Of a DNA stretch of 64,000 nucleotides, positions 1 through 8,364 are shown piece after piece. Under the pieces are notes generated by a model. That model was not told the DNA's origin and ran no database searches. It was given only the letters and a program-made list of their open reading frames with translations. Positions within the stretch are counted from its first letter, which is position 1, and each line of letters begins with the position of its first letter. The DNA comes from a virus: positions 1-64,000 of IMG/VR virus record IMGVR_UViG_3300042509_002293; one strand, written 5' to 3'. The position numbers and the translations under genes were made by a program.

Positions 1-581
1 TCACCAGCGGCATCATCGCAACCTCTCTGCTCGGCGGCGGGACGGCGTCGGCGTCGACGTGGCTCAGAGGTGATTCGTCGTGGCAATCTTTGCCGACAAG
101 TGGCACAAAGACTTTGGCAGTTTTTACACCGCAAGACAACCAGCCCCCATCGACGAACTTCGCCACGCTCGACACCCGAGGGACAGGCATCGCCGTCCTC
201 GACTTCGACGCGGCGACCGACGAGAGCGCCGTGTTTGCCGGCGTGATCCCCGAGGGTGCCACGCTGACCAGCGGGCTCATCGTCCGCATCGCCTGGATGG
301 CGACCTCGGCGACGAGCGGAAACTGCCGCTGGGGCGTGCAGTTCGAGAAGACCGGCACGGACCTCGACTCCGATTCGTTCGACGCGGCGACCGAGGCCAC
401 TGGTGCAGCGAACGGGACAAGCGGCATCGAGACGGTCACCTCGATCACGGCGACGGCGATTGACTCAATCGCAGCCGGGGATCGATTTCGATTGAAGGTG
501 TTCAGGAACGCCGACGACGCGACGAACGACACGATGACCGGGGACGCTGAACTCGTCGCCGTGGAAGTGCTGGTGGCGTGA
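1..581 (+). CDS. Tail-fibre-like virion protein, 5'-truncated by window edge
   Basis: Frame of ORF 90..581 is open back to nt 3: TSGIIATSLLGGGTASASTWLRGDSSW resembles the LGSGTAxxxTxLRGDxxW fibre motif; beta-rich C-terminus. Confidence 0.6.
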   Translation, partial: TSGIIATSLLGGGTASASTWLRGDSSWQSLPTSGTKTLAVFTPQDNQPPSTNFATLDTRGTGIAVLDFDAATDESAVFAGVIPEGATLTSGLIVRIAWMATSATSGNCRWGVQFEKTGTDLDSDSFDAATEATGAANGTSGIETVTSITATAIDSIAAGDRFRLKVFRNADDATNDTMTGDAELVAVEVLVA

Positions 582-1216
582 TGGCGTATTCTTTCAACGG
601 GTCGAATCAATATCTTTCCACGGCTTCATCGCCCGTCGACGGGCCGCCGCTGACGATTGCCGCGTGGATGCGGACGACAGCAGCTTCAGCACCGGCGCGC
701 GTCGTCGCCGTTGGCGTCTCCGGGGAGACGCATCGGAACCAGTTGGGCCTTACAACGCAGTTTGCGCAAGTTCAGGCGGTGTCTGTTGGGCCATCCGTAA
801 CGACCGCTTCAAATTTTGAGGGGGGCGGTGTTGTTGCCAATGTGCGCATTCACGGCTGCGCAGTATTTCAGTCGCGATCCAACCGCCTCGCGTACATGAA
901 CGGAACCGCCGGAGCCCAAGACTTCACCGACGTAGGAATACAAAACACGGCCAACACAATCACTGTCGGCGCGGGCTGGGCGACTACCGTTGGCGTTTAT
1001 CTTGCGGGCGACGTCGCCGAGGTCGGCGTCTGGAACGTCGCCCTGACGGCCGCCGAGGTCGCCTCGCTCGCAAAGGGATTCACCTGCGACCGCGTGCGAC
1101 CGCAGTCGCTTGTGTTCTACGCCCCGCTGATCCGCGATCTTGTCGATCTTCGCGGCGGACTTGCGATCACGAACAACAACACGGCCACCGTCGCCAACCA
1201 CCCAAGGGTCTATTGA
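578..1216 (+). CDS. LamG/concanavalin-A-like lectin domain virion protein
   Basis: LTIAAW...HGCAVF...AYMNG...GDVAEVGVWNVALTAAEV pattern of LamG_3 domains. Confidence 0.75.
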   Translation: MMAYSFNGSNQYLSTASSPVDGPPLTIAAWMRTTAASAPARVVAVGVSGETHRNQLGLTTQFAQVQAVSVGPSVTTASNFEGGGVVANVRIHGCAVFQSRSNRLAYMNGTAGAQDFTDVGIQNTANTITVGAGWATTVGVYLAGDVAEVGVWNVALTAAEVASLAKGFTCDRVRPQSLVFYAPLIRDLVDLRGGLAITNNNTATVANHPRVY

Positions 1217-1632
1217 TGACGCTCTACTACAGCATCGAAGATCCGTCCGACGTGCGCGGCCTCGGCGAGCAGATCGCAGCCTGGACGGCAGCAGGCAACC
1301 CCAAGGCCGCAGCGTGGGCACCGCAGCCCCCGCAGCCCTCGCCCGAGTCCGTCTGGTCTGGTGGGCAGTGGGTGACGCCGACGCCGTCCGTGCCCGAGAG
1401 CGTCACGCCGTACCAGTTTCGGATGGCGCTTCTAAGGTCAGGAGTGTCGCTCGCTCAGGTGGACTCGCTCATTGACTCTCTGCCGCAGCCCGCCCGCGAT
1501 GAGGCTCGCGTAGCCTGGGAATACGGCTTAGAAGTGCGTCGCGATCACCCGCTCGTAGGCCAGTTCGCAGCCTCGCTCGGCATGACGGCAGAGCAGGTGG
1601 ACGCGGCGTTTGTCGAGGCCAAGAAGCTGTGA
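1216..1632 (+). CDS. Tail fibre assembly/accessory protein
   Basis: VPESVTPYQFRMAL...AWEY...RDHPLV...LGMTAEQVDAAF motif common next to fibre genes. Confidence 0.55.
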   Translation: MTLYYSIEDPSDVRGLGEQIAAWTAAGNPKAAAWAPQPPQPSPESVWSGGQWVTPTPSVPESVTPYQFRMALLRSGVSLAQVDSLIDSLPQPARDEARVAWEYGLEVRRDHPLVGQFAASLGMTAEQVDAAFVEAKKL

Positions 1633-1676
1633 CGCAGACCGCGAAGATATACTTGAACCCAAAAGAGGCAGCCTAA

Positions 1677-2141
1677 ATGCCATTCTCATTCCCATCATCG
1701 CCGACAATCGGACAGCAATCCACGCAGAACGGTCGCGTCTATCAGTGGACTGGTTCAGCGTGGGAGATCGTCCCGATCCCGACGACAGTGGACGCCGGGA
1801 ATCTCACCGGCACCGTCGCTGCCGCTCGCCTCCCCGTCGTCCTTGAGCAAACCGTCACAGTCGGCAACTCCGGCACCTCCACGACTCTAAGCCTCACGAG
1901 TGGTAGCGTTCAGACCGTGACGCTGACCGGCAACTGCACGTTTACCATGCCATCCGCTACCGCAGGGGCGTCGCTCACTTTGATTCTCACGCAATCCGGC
2001 ACATTCACGGCGACGTTTACGGGCGTTTTGTGGCCTGGAGGAACGGCCCCGACGATCACAGCGACCAATGGCAAGGTGGACGTGCTGGTCTTCGTCAGCA
2101 ACGGCACGAACTGGTACGGCGCCGCCTCGCAGAATTATTAA
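1677..2141 (+). CDS. Short fibre/adhesin-like virion protein
   Basis: FPSSPTIGQ...YQWTGSAW N-terminal motif; TLTGNCTFT...WPGGTAPT...DVLVF...NWYG C-terminal domain. Confidence 0.55.
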   Translation: MPFSFPSSPTIGQQSTQNGRVYQWTGSAWEIVPIPTTVDAGNLTGTVAAARLPVVLEQTVTVGNSGTSTTLSLTSGSVQTVTLTGNCTFTMPSATAGASLTLILTQSGTFTATFTGVLWPGGTAPTITATNGKVDVLVFVSNGTNWYGAASQNY

Positions 2142-2146
2142 CGCCA

Positions 2147-2986
2147 ATGCTTGCAGGCAAACTCGGATTTTTCCGCGCACCGGCAACGCCCGCCGCCACG
2201 GCTGTCGACGGCAGCAACAACACCATCTCGCCGGTGGATTACACGGCGGACGGCGTCCAGTGGCGAGCGTTTATCTTTCACACTAGCGGCACGCTCACGT
2301 TCTCTCGCGGCGGGGAAGTCGAGTATCTCATCGCAGCCGGCGGTGGTGGTGGTGGCTCGCACTATGCTGGTGGCGGCGGCGCTGGTGGTTTGCGTACTGG
2401 CAGCGCCACCGTGATCGCACAGGGCTACGCCGTTACGGTGGGCGCTGGAGGCTCCGGGGCGGCCTGGAATGGCACGTTCGGTGTGCAGGGCGGCGACGGC
2501 AATAGCTCCTCCGCACTGAGCATCTCGGCGACCGGCGGCGGTGGTGGCGGTGCGAGAGGTCTGTCCAACCAGCAGCAACCGGGCCGGTCTGGCGGTTCTG
2601 GCGGCGGCGGCGGAAACAATCCATCGGCGGCCACTTCGGCGGGCAGCGGAACATCAGGGCAGGGCAACAGTGGCGGCACCGGATTCGACTCGGGCGGTAA
2701 CTCTGCTGGTGGTGGTGGCGGCGGCGCTGGCGGTGCTGGCGGCAACGCTGCCAGTGCGTCCGGAGGAGCGCGTGGCGCTGGGTCGTCGTCCTCCATCTCT
2801 GGCACGGCGACAACCTATTGTCAGGGTGGCGGCGGCTCGTCGTCGGGAACTGCTGGCATTGGCGGCGGTGCCTCCAGCGGGCGAGGCGCGACCGCGAACA
2901 GAGGAGGCGGTGGCGCTGGCGGAAACAATAGCGTCACCGGCGGCGCTGGTGGGAGTGGCGTCGTTGTAGTGCGATTTCGGAGGTAG
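2147..2986 (+). CDS. Glycine-rich virion protein
   Basis: FHTSGTLT, VEYLIAAGGGGGG, terminal GGSGVVVVR glycine-rich domain; ATG at 2147. Confidence 0.7.
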   Translation: MLAGKLGFFRAPATPAATAVDGSNNTISPVDYTADGVQWRAFIFHTSGTLTFSRGGEVEYLIAAGGGGGGSHYAGGGGAGGLRTGSATVIAQGYAVTVGAGGSGAAWNGTFGVQGGDGNSSSALSISATGGGGGGARGLSNQQQPGRSGGSGGGGGNNPSAATSAGSGTSGQGNSGGTGFDSGGNSAGGGGGGAGGAGGNAASASGGARGAGSSSSISGTATTYCQGGGGSSSGTAGIGGGASSGRGATANRGGGGAGGNNSVTGGAGGSGVVVVRFRR

Positions 2987-2988
2987 TG

Positions 2989-3174
2989 ATGGAGAGGTTT
3001 TGCGTGCAGATCGTGGAGGGCGTCGTTGCTCGCGTCATAGTCTGCGACAGTGCCGAGTGGGCAGCCACCACGCACGGTGGCGAGTGGGTGGAGACGGACA
3101 CGCTGCCGGGGATCGGCTGGGTCTACATGGACGGCGAGATTGTTCCGCCGCCCGACGAGGCAGGGACTGCGTGA
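2989..3174 (+). CDS. Small partner of glycine-rich protein
   Basis: GVVARVIV...WVET...GIGWVY motif; adjoins upstream stop. Confidence 0.55.
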   Translation: MERFCVQIVEGVVARVIVCDSAEWAATTHGGEWVETDTLPGIGWVYMDGEIVPPPDEAGTA

Positions 3175-3242
3175 CCCGCAAGGCATACGCCCTGCTGGGC
3201 TACCGTGAGGCGAGAGGCCGCGTTCGTTGAGGCGGCGGGACT

Positions 3243-3345
3243 TTAGCTGACCTTCGGCAGCGCCGCGTGAACGTCTTTCGGCCGCACGATCCTGGGGTCC
3301 AGGTATCGCTGTGTCGTCAGGGGCGATGCGTGATCCATCACGGCC
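3243..3345 (-). pseudogene. C-terminal remnant of a tyrosine recombinase
   Basis: MDHASPLTTQRYLDPR resembles LDHSSPRVTRAYLDPR of the intact integrase at 46429-47334; no upstream integrase sequence. Confidence 0.65.
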
Positions 3346-3487
3346 TGGGGGTCGAGCCCGGCGGGTTGCTGCACGGCATGTGGCAGGCCGCAGACAAAGC
3401 CGCGCTCATGGACGCAGTCGAGGTGATCCCGTGGGACGACGCCGTCGCCATGCTGCCGCCCGATCAGCCGATCGCCCGCCAATCGGC

Positions 3488-3515
3488 TTGACATACCAAT
3501 AGATCCTGGTAAAGT
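3488..3515 (+). promoter_or_regulatory. sigma70-like promoter
   Basis: TTGACA-16 nt-TAAAGT with TGn extension, followed by AGGAGG RBS and GTG at 3547. Confidence 0.5.
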
Positions 3516-3546
3516 CTGGGCTCGCGTACCGCCAGGAGGGCGTCCC

Positions 3547-3903
3547 GTGGGCCGGATGAAGGAATTCGATCTTCGCATCAGGGGCGGCGGAGACGACGCG
3601 ATCCAGGCCATCTCCGAGTATCTGGAAGCCCAGGACAAAGACCTCGTCGCGAGGCTTCGTCGCTGGCTGGAATCGCCGAGCGGGGAGCACGACCCGGGCG
3701 GACTGGTTCAGGCCGCCATCGAGGAGATCGTGTCGCTCAGGGCCATGCTGACCAGGGAGCGGGAGTCGGCGAGCCTGTCCGTCAGGCTGATGACCGAGAA
3801 CGCGTACAAGGCCGGGTACATGGAGGGCGGCATGGAGATGATCCTCCTGGGGCAGGACGCCAAGAAGGTCGCGAAGTCGTGCCTGAAGAGGTTCAATCAA
3901 TGA
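3547..3903 (+). CDS. Hypothetical protein, paralog of 5772..6086
   Basis: Strong RBS; DLVARLRRWLE...EIVSLRAML...GYMEGGMEM vs DVVARINRWLE...EIVALRALL...GFLLGGLEM. Confidence 0.7.
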   Translation: MGRMKEFDLRIRGGGDDAIQAISEYLEAQDKDLVARLRRWLESPSGEHDPGGLVQAAIEEIVSLRAMLTRERESASLSVRLMTENAYKAGYMEGGMEMILLGQDAKKVAKSCLKRFNQ

Positions 3904-4088
3904 GCTACGTCGACGACCCGAGCAGCGCCCTGCTCTACATCGACTTCATGGTTCGTTTCGGCCACGACAAGGACGTCGTGAGAAACATGGCCGGCGTCTC
4001 CGGGGTCATCCGAGACTTGATGCGACGCCTGGAAGAGCAGGCCATGCGGATGGAGAAGGCGGAGATGAAGAAGGGGGCCGGCGAATGA
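3900..4088 (+). CDS. Hypothetical protein
   Basis: ATGA overlaps with both neighbours. Confidence 0.55.
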   Translation: MSYVDDPSSALLYIDFMVRFGHDKDVVRNMAGVSGVIRDLMRRLEEQAMRMEKAEMKKGAGE

Positions 4089-4336
4089 GCGGCGATCTCC
4101 AGATCGACGGATACCGGCTCCTCCTCACCTGCCCGGCCTGCCCCGAGCAGTACGACGTGCTCGACGGCACTGAGCAGGTCGGCTACCTGCGGCTCCGGCA
4201 CGGCTACTTCCGGGCCGACGCCCCGATGCACGGAGGCGAGACCGTCTACGAGGCCCACACCCGTGGAGTTGGGTCGGAGACGGCAAAGGTTACCCACTGG
4301 ATGCCGCTCCCGGCCCCGCCCGAGACGAGCAGGTAG
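4085..4336 (+). CDS. Hypothetical protein with DUF551-like C-terminus
   Basis: TCPACPEQYD...VGYLRLRHG followed by VTHWMPLPAPP. Confidence 0.65.
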   Translation: MSGDLQIDGYRLLLTCPACPEQYDVLDGTEQVGYLRLRHGYFRADAPMHGGETVYEAHTRGVGSETAKVTHWMPLPAPPETSR

Positions 4337-4341
4337 CCACA

Positions 4342-4425
4342 GAACTCGCAGGATCAGGAGCATAGCATGAGCGACGAAACGAAACCGCAGGACGGTGCCG
4401 AGCCGTCTCCTGCATCCGCTGGTTC
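4342..4425 (-). repeat. attC-like imperfect palindrome 1
   Basis: + strand GAAC-5nt-GGAT-CAGGAG ... CTCCTG-C-ATCC-4nt-GTTC; 84 nt. Confidence 0.7.
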
Positions 4426-4705
4426 GCACGGGTCTGCATCTCGCTGGAACGGCGTGCCGGTAGCGTGGGCAGCGGTCGGCAGGAACGGCGTGCCGATGTG
4501 GCTGGCGTACCATCGACAAGACGCCGAAGGTGCTGTGGTCGGCATGGCCGAAGTTGTTCCGCTCTACCGCTCGCCCACGCTCACCGATGCGGAGCGGGAG
4601 GCGATTGAGAAGGCCATCGGGCGAGAGTTGGACGCTGAGTGGTACGGCGGGAAAGAGCCTGACCGAGTGGTGGCTCTTCGCGGGCTTCTTGAACGGACGA
4701 AGTGA
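4367..4705 (+). CDS. Cassette-like hypothetical protein
   Basis: Start codon inside attC-like element; leader AEPSPASAGS; PVAWA...VPLYR, LTDAEREAI. Confidence 0.7.
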   Translation: MSDETKPQDGAEPSPASAGSHGSASRWNGVPVAWAAVGRNGVPMWLAYHRQDAEGAVVGMAEVVPLYRSPTLTDAEREAIEKAIGRELDAEWYGGKEPDRVVALRGLLERTK

Positions 4706-4789
4706 GAACGACAAGGATCACGAGCGGCGAACTATGAGCAATGACAACACGCGAGACGCGGCCGAGCCGTCTCTTGCATCCGCTGGTTC
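4706..4789 (-). repeat. attC-like imperfect palindrome 2
   Basis: GAAC-GACAA-GGAT-CACGAG-CGGC ... GCCG-T-CTCTTG-C-ATCC-GCTG-GTTC directly after a TGA stop. Confidence 0.7.
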
Positions 4790-4976
4790 TGCGGCGTGGA
4801 TTTCGTCAAGCGATCGACTTCCGCCAGAAGGAGTGCTCGTCTTTGCCTACGGCAAGCGTGCGGAGTACGGGTTCCGCCGCGACGGCCAGTGGGTGGATAC
4901 GCTTTACGGCGGCGTGCTGGCGAACGGGCCGACTCACTGGATGCCGATGCCGCCGCCGCCCGAGACGAGCAAGTAG
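4734..4976 (+). CDS. DUF551-like protein (cassette)
   Basis: WISSSDRLP...THWMPMPPPP; leader AEPSLASAGS. Confidence 0.7.
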   Translation: MSNDNTRDAAEPSLASAGSAAWISSSDRLPPEGVLVFAYGKRAEYGFRRDGQWVDTLYGGVLANGPTHWMPMPPPPETSK

Positions 4977-4981
4977 CCACA

Positions 4982-5064
4982 GAACGCCAGCGATCAGCGG
5001 CATCGAACACAGGAGCAACCATGAGTGACGAGGTTGATGAGATGTCCGCTGCATCGCGTGGTTC
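4982..5064 (-). repeat. attC-like imperfect palindrome 3
   Basis: GAAC-GCCAG-CGAT-CAGCGG-CAT ... ATG-T-CCGCTG-C-ATCG-CGTG-GTTC; compensatory changes relative to elements 1, 2, 4. Confidence 0.7.
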
Positions 5065-5326
5065 TCAGCCGGTGGCGTGGGCGGTCTGGTCGCCTGCCTT
5101 TGGCTACCCGTTTGGCGATGCGGCAATCTTCAAGCGGAACGAACTCGCAATCGAAATGTGCGTGATGAATGCGTACGGCGTGGACGACATTGTTCCGCTG
5201 TATCGCAAGCCGATGCTGGAAGACGAGGAGTTGAAGGCGATCCGAAGGGCGGCGGCAGTGGCGCGAGAGATGCACGACACGCGGCTAGAGGCTGCGTTGG
5301 GTGGCCTACTGGAACGACTAGGCTGA
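5021..5326 (+). CDS. Cassette-like hypothetical protein
   Basis: AGGAG RBS and ATG inside element 3; PVAWAV...VPLYR shared with 4367..4705. Confidence 0.7.
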   Translation: MSDEVDEMSAASRGSQPVAWAVWSPAFGYPFGDAAIFKRNELAIEMCVMNAYGVDDIVPLYRKPMLEDEELKAIRRAAAVAREMHDTRLEAALGGLLERLG

Positions 5327-5410
5327 GAACGTGAAGGATCAGGAGCGGCGAACTATGAGCGATGACAACACGCAGGGCGGTGCCGAGCCGTCTCCTGCAT
5401 CCGATGGTTC
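5327..5410 (-). repeat. attC-like imperfect palindrome 4
   Basis: GAAC-GTGAA-GGAT-CAGGAG-CGGC ... GCCG-T-CTCCTG-C-ATCC-GATG-GTTC. Confidence 0.7.
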
Positions 5411-5642
5411 TCACGGGGATGGCATGGTTGCGCGCCTCCGCAGTTGGAGGGACGAGCGCGGCTACCCAACGCCGGGAGAGATGCTGGACGAGGCGGCGGC
5501 CGAGATCGAGCGGCTGCGGCTCACCGACGCGGAGCGGGAGGCGATTTGGACTGTCGCGGAGGCGTATGCCGAGAACGACGGCGACCCGGAGTGCGAGAGG
5601 ATCGCCAGAATCATGCAAGGGCTGTGGCAACGGACGAAGTGA
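5355..5642 (+). CDS. Cassette-like hypothetical protein
   Basis: Leader AEPSPASDGS; EAAAEIERLR, LTDAEREAI. Confidence 0.7.
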   Translation: MSDDNTQGGAEPSPASDGSHGDGMVARLRSWRDERGYPTPGEMLDEAAAEIERLRLTDAEREAIWTVAEAYAENDGDPECERIARIMQGLWQRTK

Positions 5643-5771
5643 GAACCAGTGTTTCTACGGACCTGGATAATCTCCCCCTGTCGGATAACACTCCGGCGAT
5701 TTGCGCCGCGCGGCCGCTAGGCGCAACGTGCGGACGTTACGCAGCGAGGTAACGCCGCCGCTTGAGACGAG

Positions 5772-6086
5772 GTGAATGAGGTGTCCGCTGCATCGAGTGG
5801 TTCTCATGGGAGATTTGAAATGGACGTTGTGGCTCGCATCAACCGCTGGCTTGAGGACGAGGATGCTGCCGACGCAGACGAGACTCTGCACGATGCACGC
5901 GACGAGATCGTCGCCCTTCGGGCGTTGCTGAAGCGGCATAGTGAGGCGGCGCACCATGCGGTCAAGATGATGGGCGAGTACGCAGAACAAAGCGGGTTTC
6001 TGCTTGGCGGACTGGAGATGGTGGCGGCCGGGCACACCACAGCCGACAAGGTGCTAAAGGTGCTCAAGGCGAAGTACCGGGACTGA
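5772..6086 (+). CDS. Hypothetical protein (start 5772 or 5820), paralog of 3547..3903
   Basis: Overlaps an orphan attC-like right arm (about 5781-5803); shared motifs with 3547..3903. Confidence 0.65.
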   Translation: MNEVSAASSGSHGRFEMDVVARINRWLEDEDAADADETLHDARDEIVALRALLKRHSEAAHHAVKMMGEYAEQSGFLLGGLEMVAAGHTTADKVLKVLKAKYRD

Positions 6087-6102
6087 GAACACGGAAGACA
6101 AA

Positions 6103-6360
6103 ATGAACGACTTCTCCCTTTCCACAGCCGGGCTCATCTTCGCCACCTACGTCGCCGTTGACATCCTCTACGCCCTGTACATCATCGCGGTCGAAAAGCG
6201 GCGGGCCCTGGCGGCGGCGGCGATCTCGACGGTCCTGTACTCGCTCCTGGCGTTCGGGGTCATCACCTACTCAAAGAACCCGCTTTACCTCGTGCCGCTG
6301 GCTTCGGGGGCGTTCATTGGGACGTACCTGACCGTGCGGTTTCATCATCTCGTCAAATGA
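6103..6360 (+). CDS. Small membrane protein
   Basis: Three hydrophobic segments in 85 aa. Confidence 0.65.
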   Translation: MNDFSLSTAGLIFATYVAVDILYALYIIAVEKRRALAAAAISTVLYSLLAFGVITYSKNPLYLVPLASGAFIGTYLTVRFHHLVK

Positions 6361-6416
6361 ATCTCGACTGAGGCGGCCTAGCCAGAAAGTCCGGATACGG
6401 GTATCCTGCCGTTTCC

Positions 6417-6641
6417 ATGACCATGCCCAACGAGCGAACCCAGGCAGTTCTGCGGGCGAGGGAGTTCCTCGTTCGACTCTCGAACGTCTACGTCCCGGGC
6501 GGCATCAAGGGGATCAAGCGAGAGGTCCGCGAGGAGGCTCGCCGCGTGTTTCGGCACTTTCCGGCTGGATACGAACTGACGGACCCGAGGAGCTTCGACG
6601 AAAAGGCTGTCGACGAGTGGTACCAGAGATTCAAAACATGA
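6417..6641 (+). CDS. BPSL0761-like small protein
   Basis: MTMPxERTxAVLRAREFL...EARRVFRHFP. Confidence 0.6.
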   Translation: MTMPNERTQAVLRAREFLVRLSNVYVPGGIKGIKREVREEARRVFRHFPAGYELTDPRSFDEKAVDEWYQRFKT

Positions 6642-6937
6642 GCCCCTTCTTCGCCCAGGCGCCTCACGAGGACGTGGCGAGATGGCTCCGGGCGTTCGCG
6701 AGCGACGAGCGGATCGTCCGGATGCCGGCCAAGGTCCGCTGGACGATGCTGCGGGCGGCAGAGCTTCTCGGCACACTCGACGACGCGATCAACACGATGA
6801 ATATCTGCATCCGCGAGTACCAGGAACTCCAGAAGGTCGCGATCGATGGGGACACGGACGTGGCCTATCAGCTTGGGGTCAGACACGGCGAACTAAGGCT
6901 GAACGCCAAGGGAGTGGGCGATGCAGACCAAGATTGA
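6638..6937 (+). CDS. Hypothetical protein
   Basis: ATGA coupling to upstream gene. Confidence 0.55.
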   Translation: MSPFFAQAPHEDVARWLRAFASDERIVRMPAKVRWTMLRAAELLGTLDDAINTMNICIREYQELQKVAIDGDTDVAYQLGVRHGELRLNAKGVGDADQD

Positions 6938-7151
6938 AGAGCGGGCTCAACGATGGATCCCCGTTGGCGAGCGGCTCCCGGAAATCAAGGACCGAGTCCT
7001 CGTTCACTCCGACCGCCGAGTGTTCATCGCCCATAGATGCAACGCCGTCAGCACCTACTGCGCCTGGATCGGAGAGGACGGGTATGCGTTGTGGCCACCG
7101 AGCCACTGGATGCCGCTGCCGGGGGGGCCGAACAACAGGGAGGTGAAGTGA
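6921..7151 (+). CDS. DUF551-like protein
   Basis: WIPVGERLPE...SHWMPLP. Confidence 0.7.
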   Translation: MQTKIEERAQRWIPVGERLPEIKDRVLVHSDRRVFIAHRCNAVSTYCAWIGEDGYALWPPSHWMPLPGGPNNREVK

Positions 7152-7549
7152 TGGGCGTCGACGCATTGATCTACATCCACACGACAGACGGACAGGACCC
7201 GAGCATTGAGTTCGGACTTCCGCCTGGAGTCGAGAGCGTGCGAAGGTGCGACAACGACGACTTCCTGGCCGACGCGATCGGAGAACACTGCGGAGTCAGG
7301 CCGACCCACGAGGTCCGGACTGGCTGGCGGCACTACGGGCCGGGCTACGAGCGTGGACCCTGGCCGGACATCGCGGCCGTGCTCATGCGCCTCATGCAGG
7401 CCCCGAACGTGGACATCGTCTGGTATGACGGCGACAGCGGGTGGGAACTGGCAAGGATGGACGCCAGCCGCCTGCTTGAGATCACGACTCACTGGCTCGC
7501 GAACGGAACGCAGCCTTATAGCAGGCTGTTCGAGGAGTTCCTCAAGTGA
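7151..7549 (+). CDS. Hypothetical protein
   Basis: GGAGGT RBS; RHYGPGYERGPWP motif. Confidence 0.65.
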   Translation: MGVDALIYIHTTDGQDPSIEFGLPPGVESVRRCDNDDFLADAIGEHCGVRPTHEVRTGWRHYGPGYERGPWPDIAAVLMRLMQAPNVDIVWYDGDSGWELARMDASRLLEITTHWLANGTQPYSRLFEEFLK

Positions 7550-7665
7550 CCCTCGGAATCCTGCTTCTCGCAGTCGGTGCCGTGGCCGTGTTCGCAGCAG
7601 TGACCCTCCCGGCCACGGCCGCGATCCGGAGGAGCAACGCGGAGCGGCTCCCGTAGCCTGAAACC

Positions 7666-8004
7666 ATGCTTGGATGGCTCAGGAATCAGGCAGAGCAGTT
7701 GTTCGGGGCCGGTCGGTCTGGCCAGTGGGCCAGAGTCCGCCGGGATCACCTCGCCCGGGAGCCGGCCTGCGCGGCCTGCGGCCGAACCAAGGACCTCCAG
7801 GTCCACCACGTCACCCCAGTTCACGTCGACAAGGACGGCGAGCTTCGCGAGGACAACCTCGTGACCCTCTGCTCGGACCCGTGCCACCTCGTGTTCGGGC
7901 ACCTCCTGAGCTACGCGAAGCGGTGGAATCCACGGGTCCGGGAGGACTGCCGGCGGTACCGGGAAAGGCTCCGAGACTTCAGGTCAAGCCACCCAGGATC
8001 GTAG
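7666..8004 (+). CDS. HNH endonuclease
   Basis: CAACG...VHHVTP...NLVTLC..CHLVFGH. Confidence 0.85.
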   Translation: MLGWLRNQAEQLFGAGRSGQWARVRRDHLAREPACAACGRTKDLQVHHVTPVHVDKDGELREDNLVTLCSDPCHLVFGHLLSYAKRWNPRVREDCRRYRERLRDFRSSHPGS

Positions 8005-8013
8005 CCTGGAAGC

Positions 8014-8364
8014 ATGGCCGACTATCAGATCGTCCCGTCGCCACTCAACTTGCAATTCGTCCGTGGGGACGAATTCGGGATGCTGCTCGACTTCGACGTG
8101 GACCTTTCAGGTTACTCGTTCATCGCGGACATCTACGAGGTTGCGTCGGTGAGAAACGGCGTCGCCAGCAGCAGCGGCGTGCTCATGTCATTCACTCAGA
8201 CGCCGGTCGATCTCTCGTCTGGAAAGCTGAATCTGTCTCTCCAGGAGAACCAGACCGCAGCCTTCGACCTGACCAAAAGCTATCGCTGGTACCTGAGGTG
8301 GGTCGCCCCCGGCATTGTCACGAGGACCGTGCTTTCCGGCATTATTAGCATCGGGGACCCGTGA
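8014..8364 (+). CDS. Virion structural protein (fibre-attachment, BppU-like)
   Basis: RGD...DLSGY...GKLNLSL...QTA...WYL...RTVLSG pattern, immediately before fibre gene. Confidence 0.5.
   Translation: MADYQIVPSPLNLQFVRGDEFGMLLDFDVDLSGYSFIADIYEVASVRNGVASSSGVLMSFTQTPVDLSSGKLNLSLQENQTAAFDLTKSYRWYLRWVAPGIVTRTVLSGIISIGDP

Noticed and set aside
4342-5803. CRISPR array
   Set aside because: Repeats are about 84 nt and degenerate, intervals are whole ORFs, no cas genes
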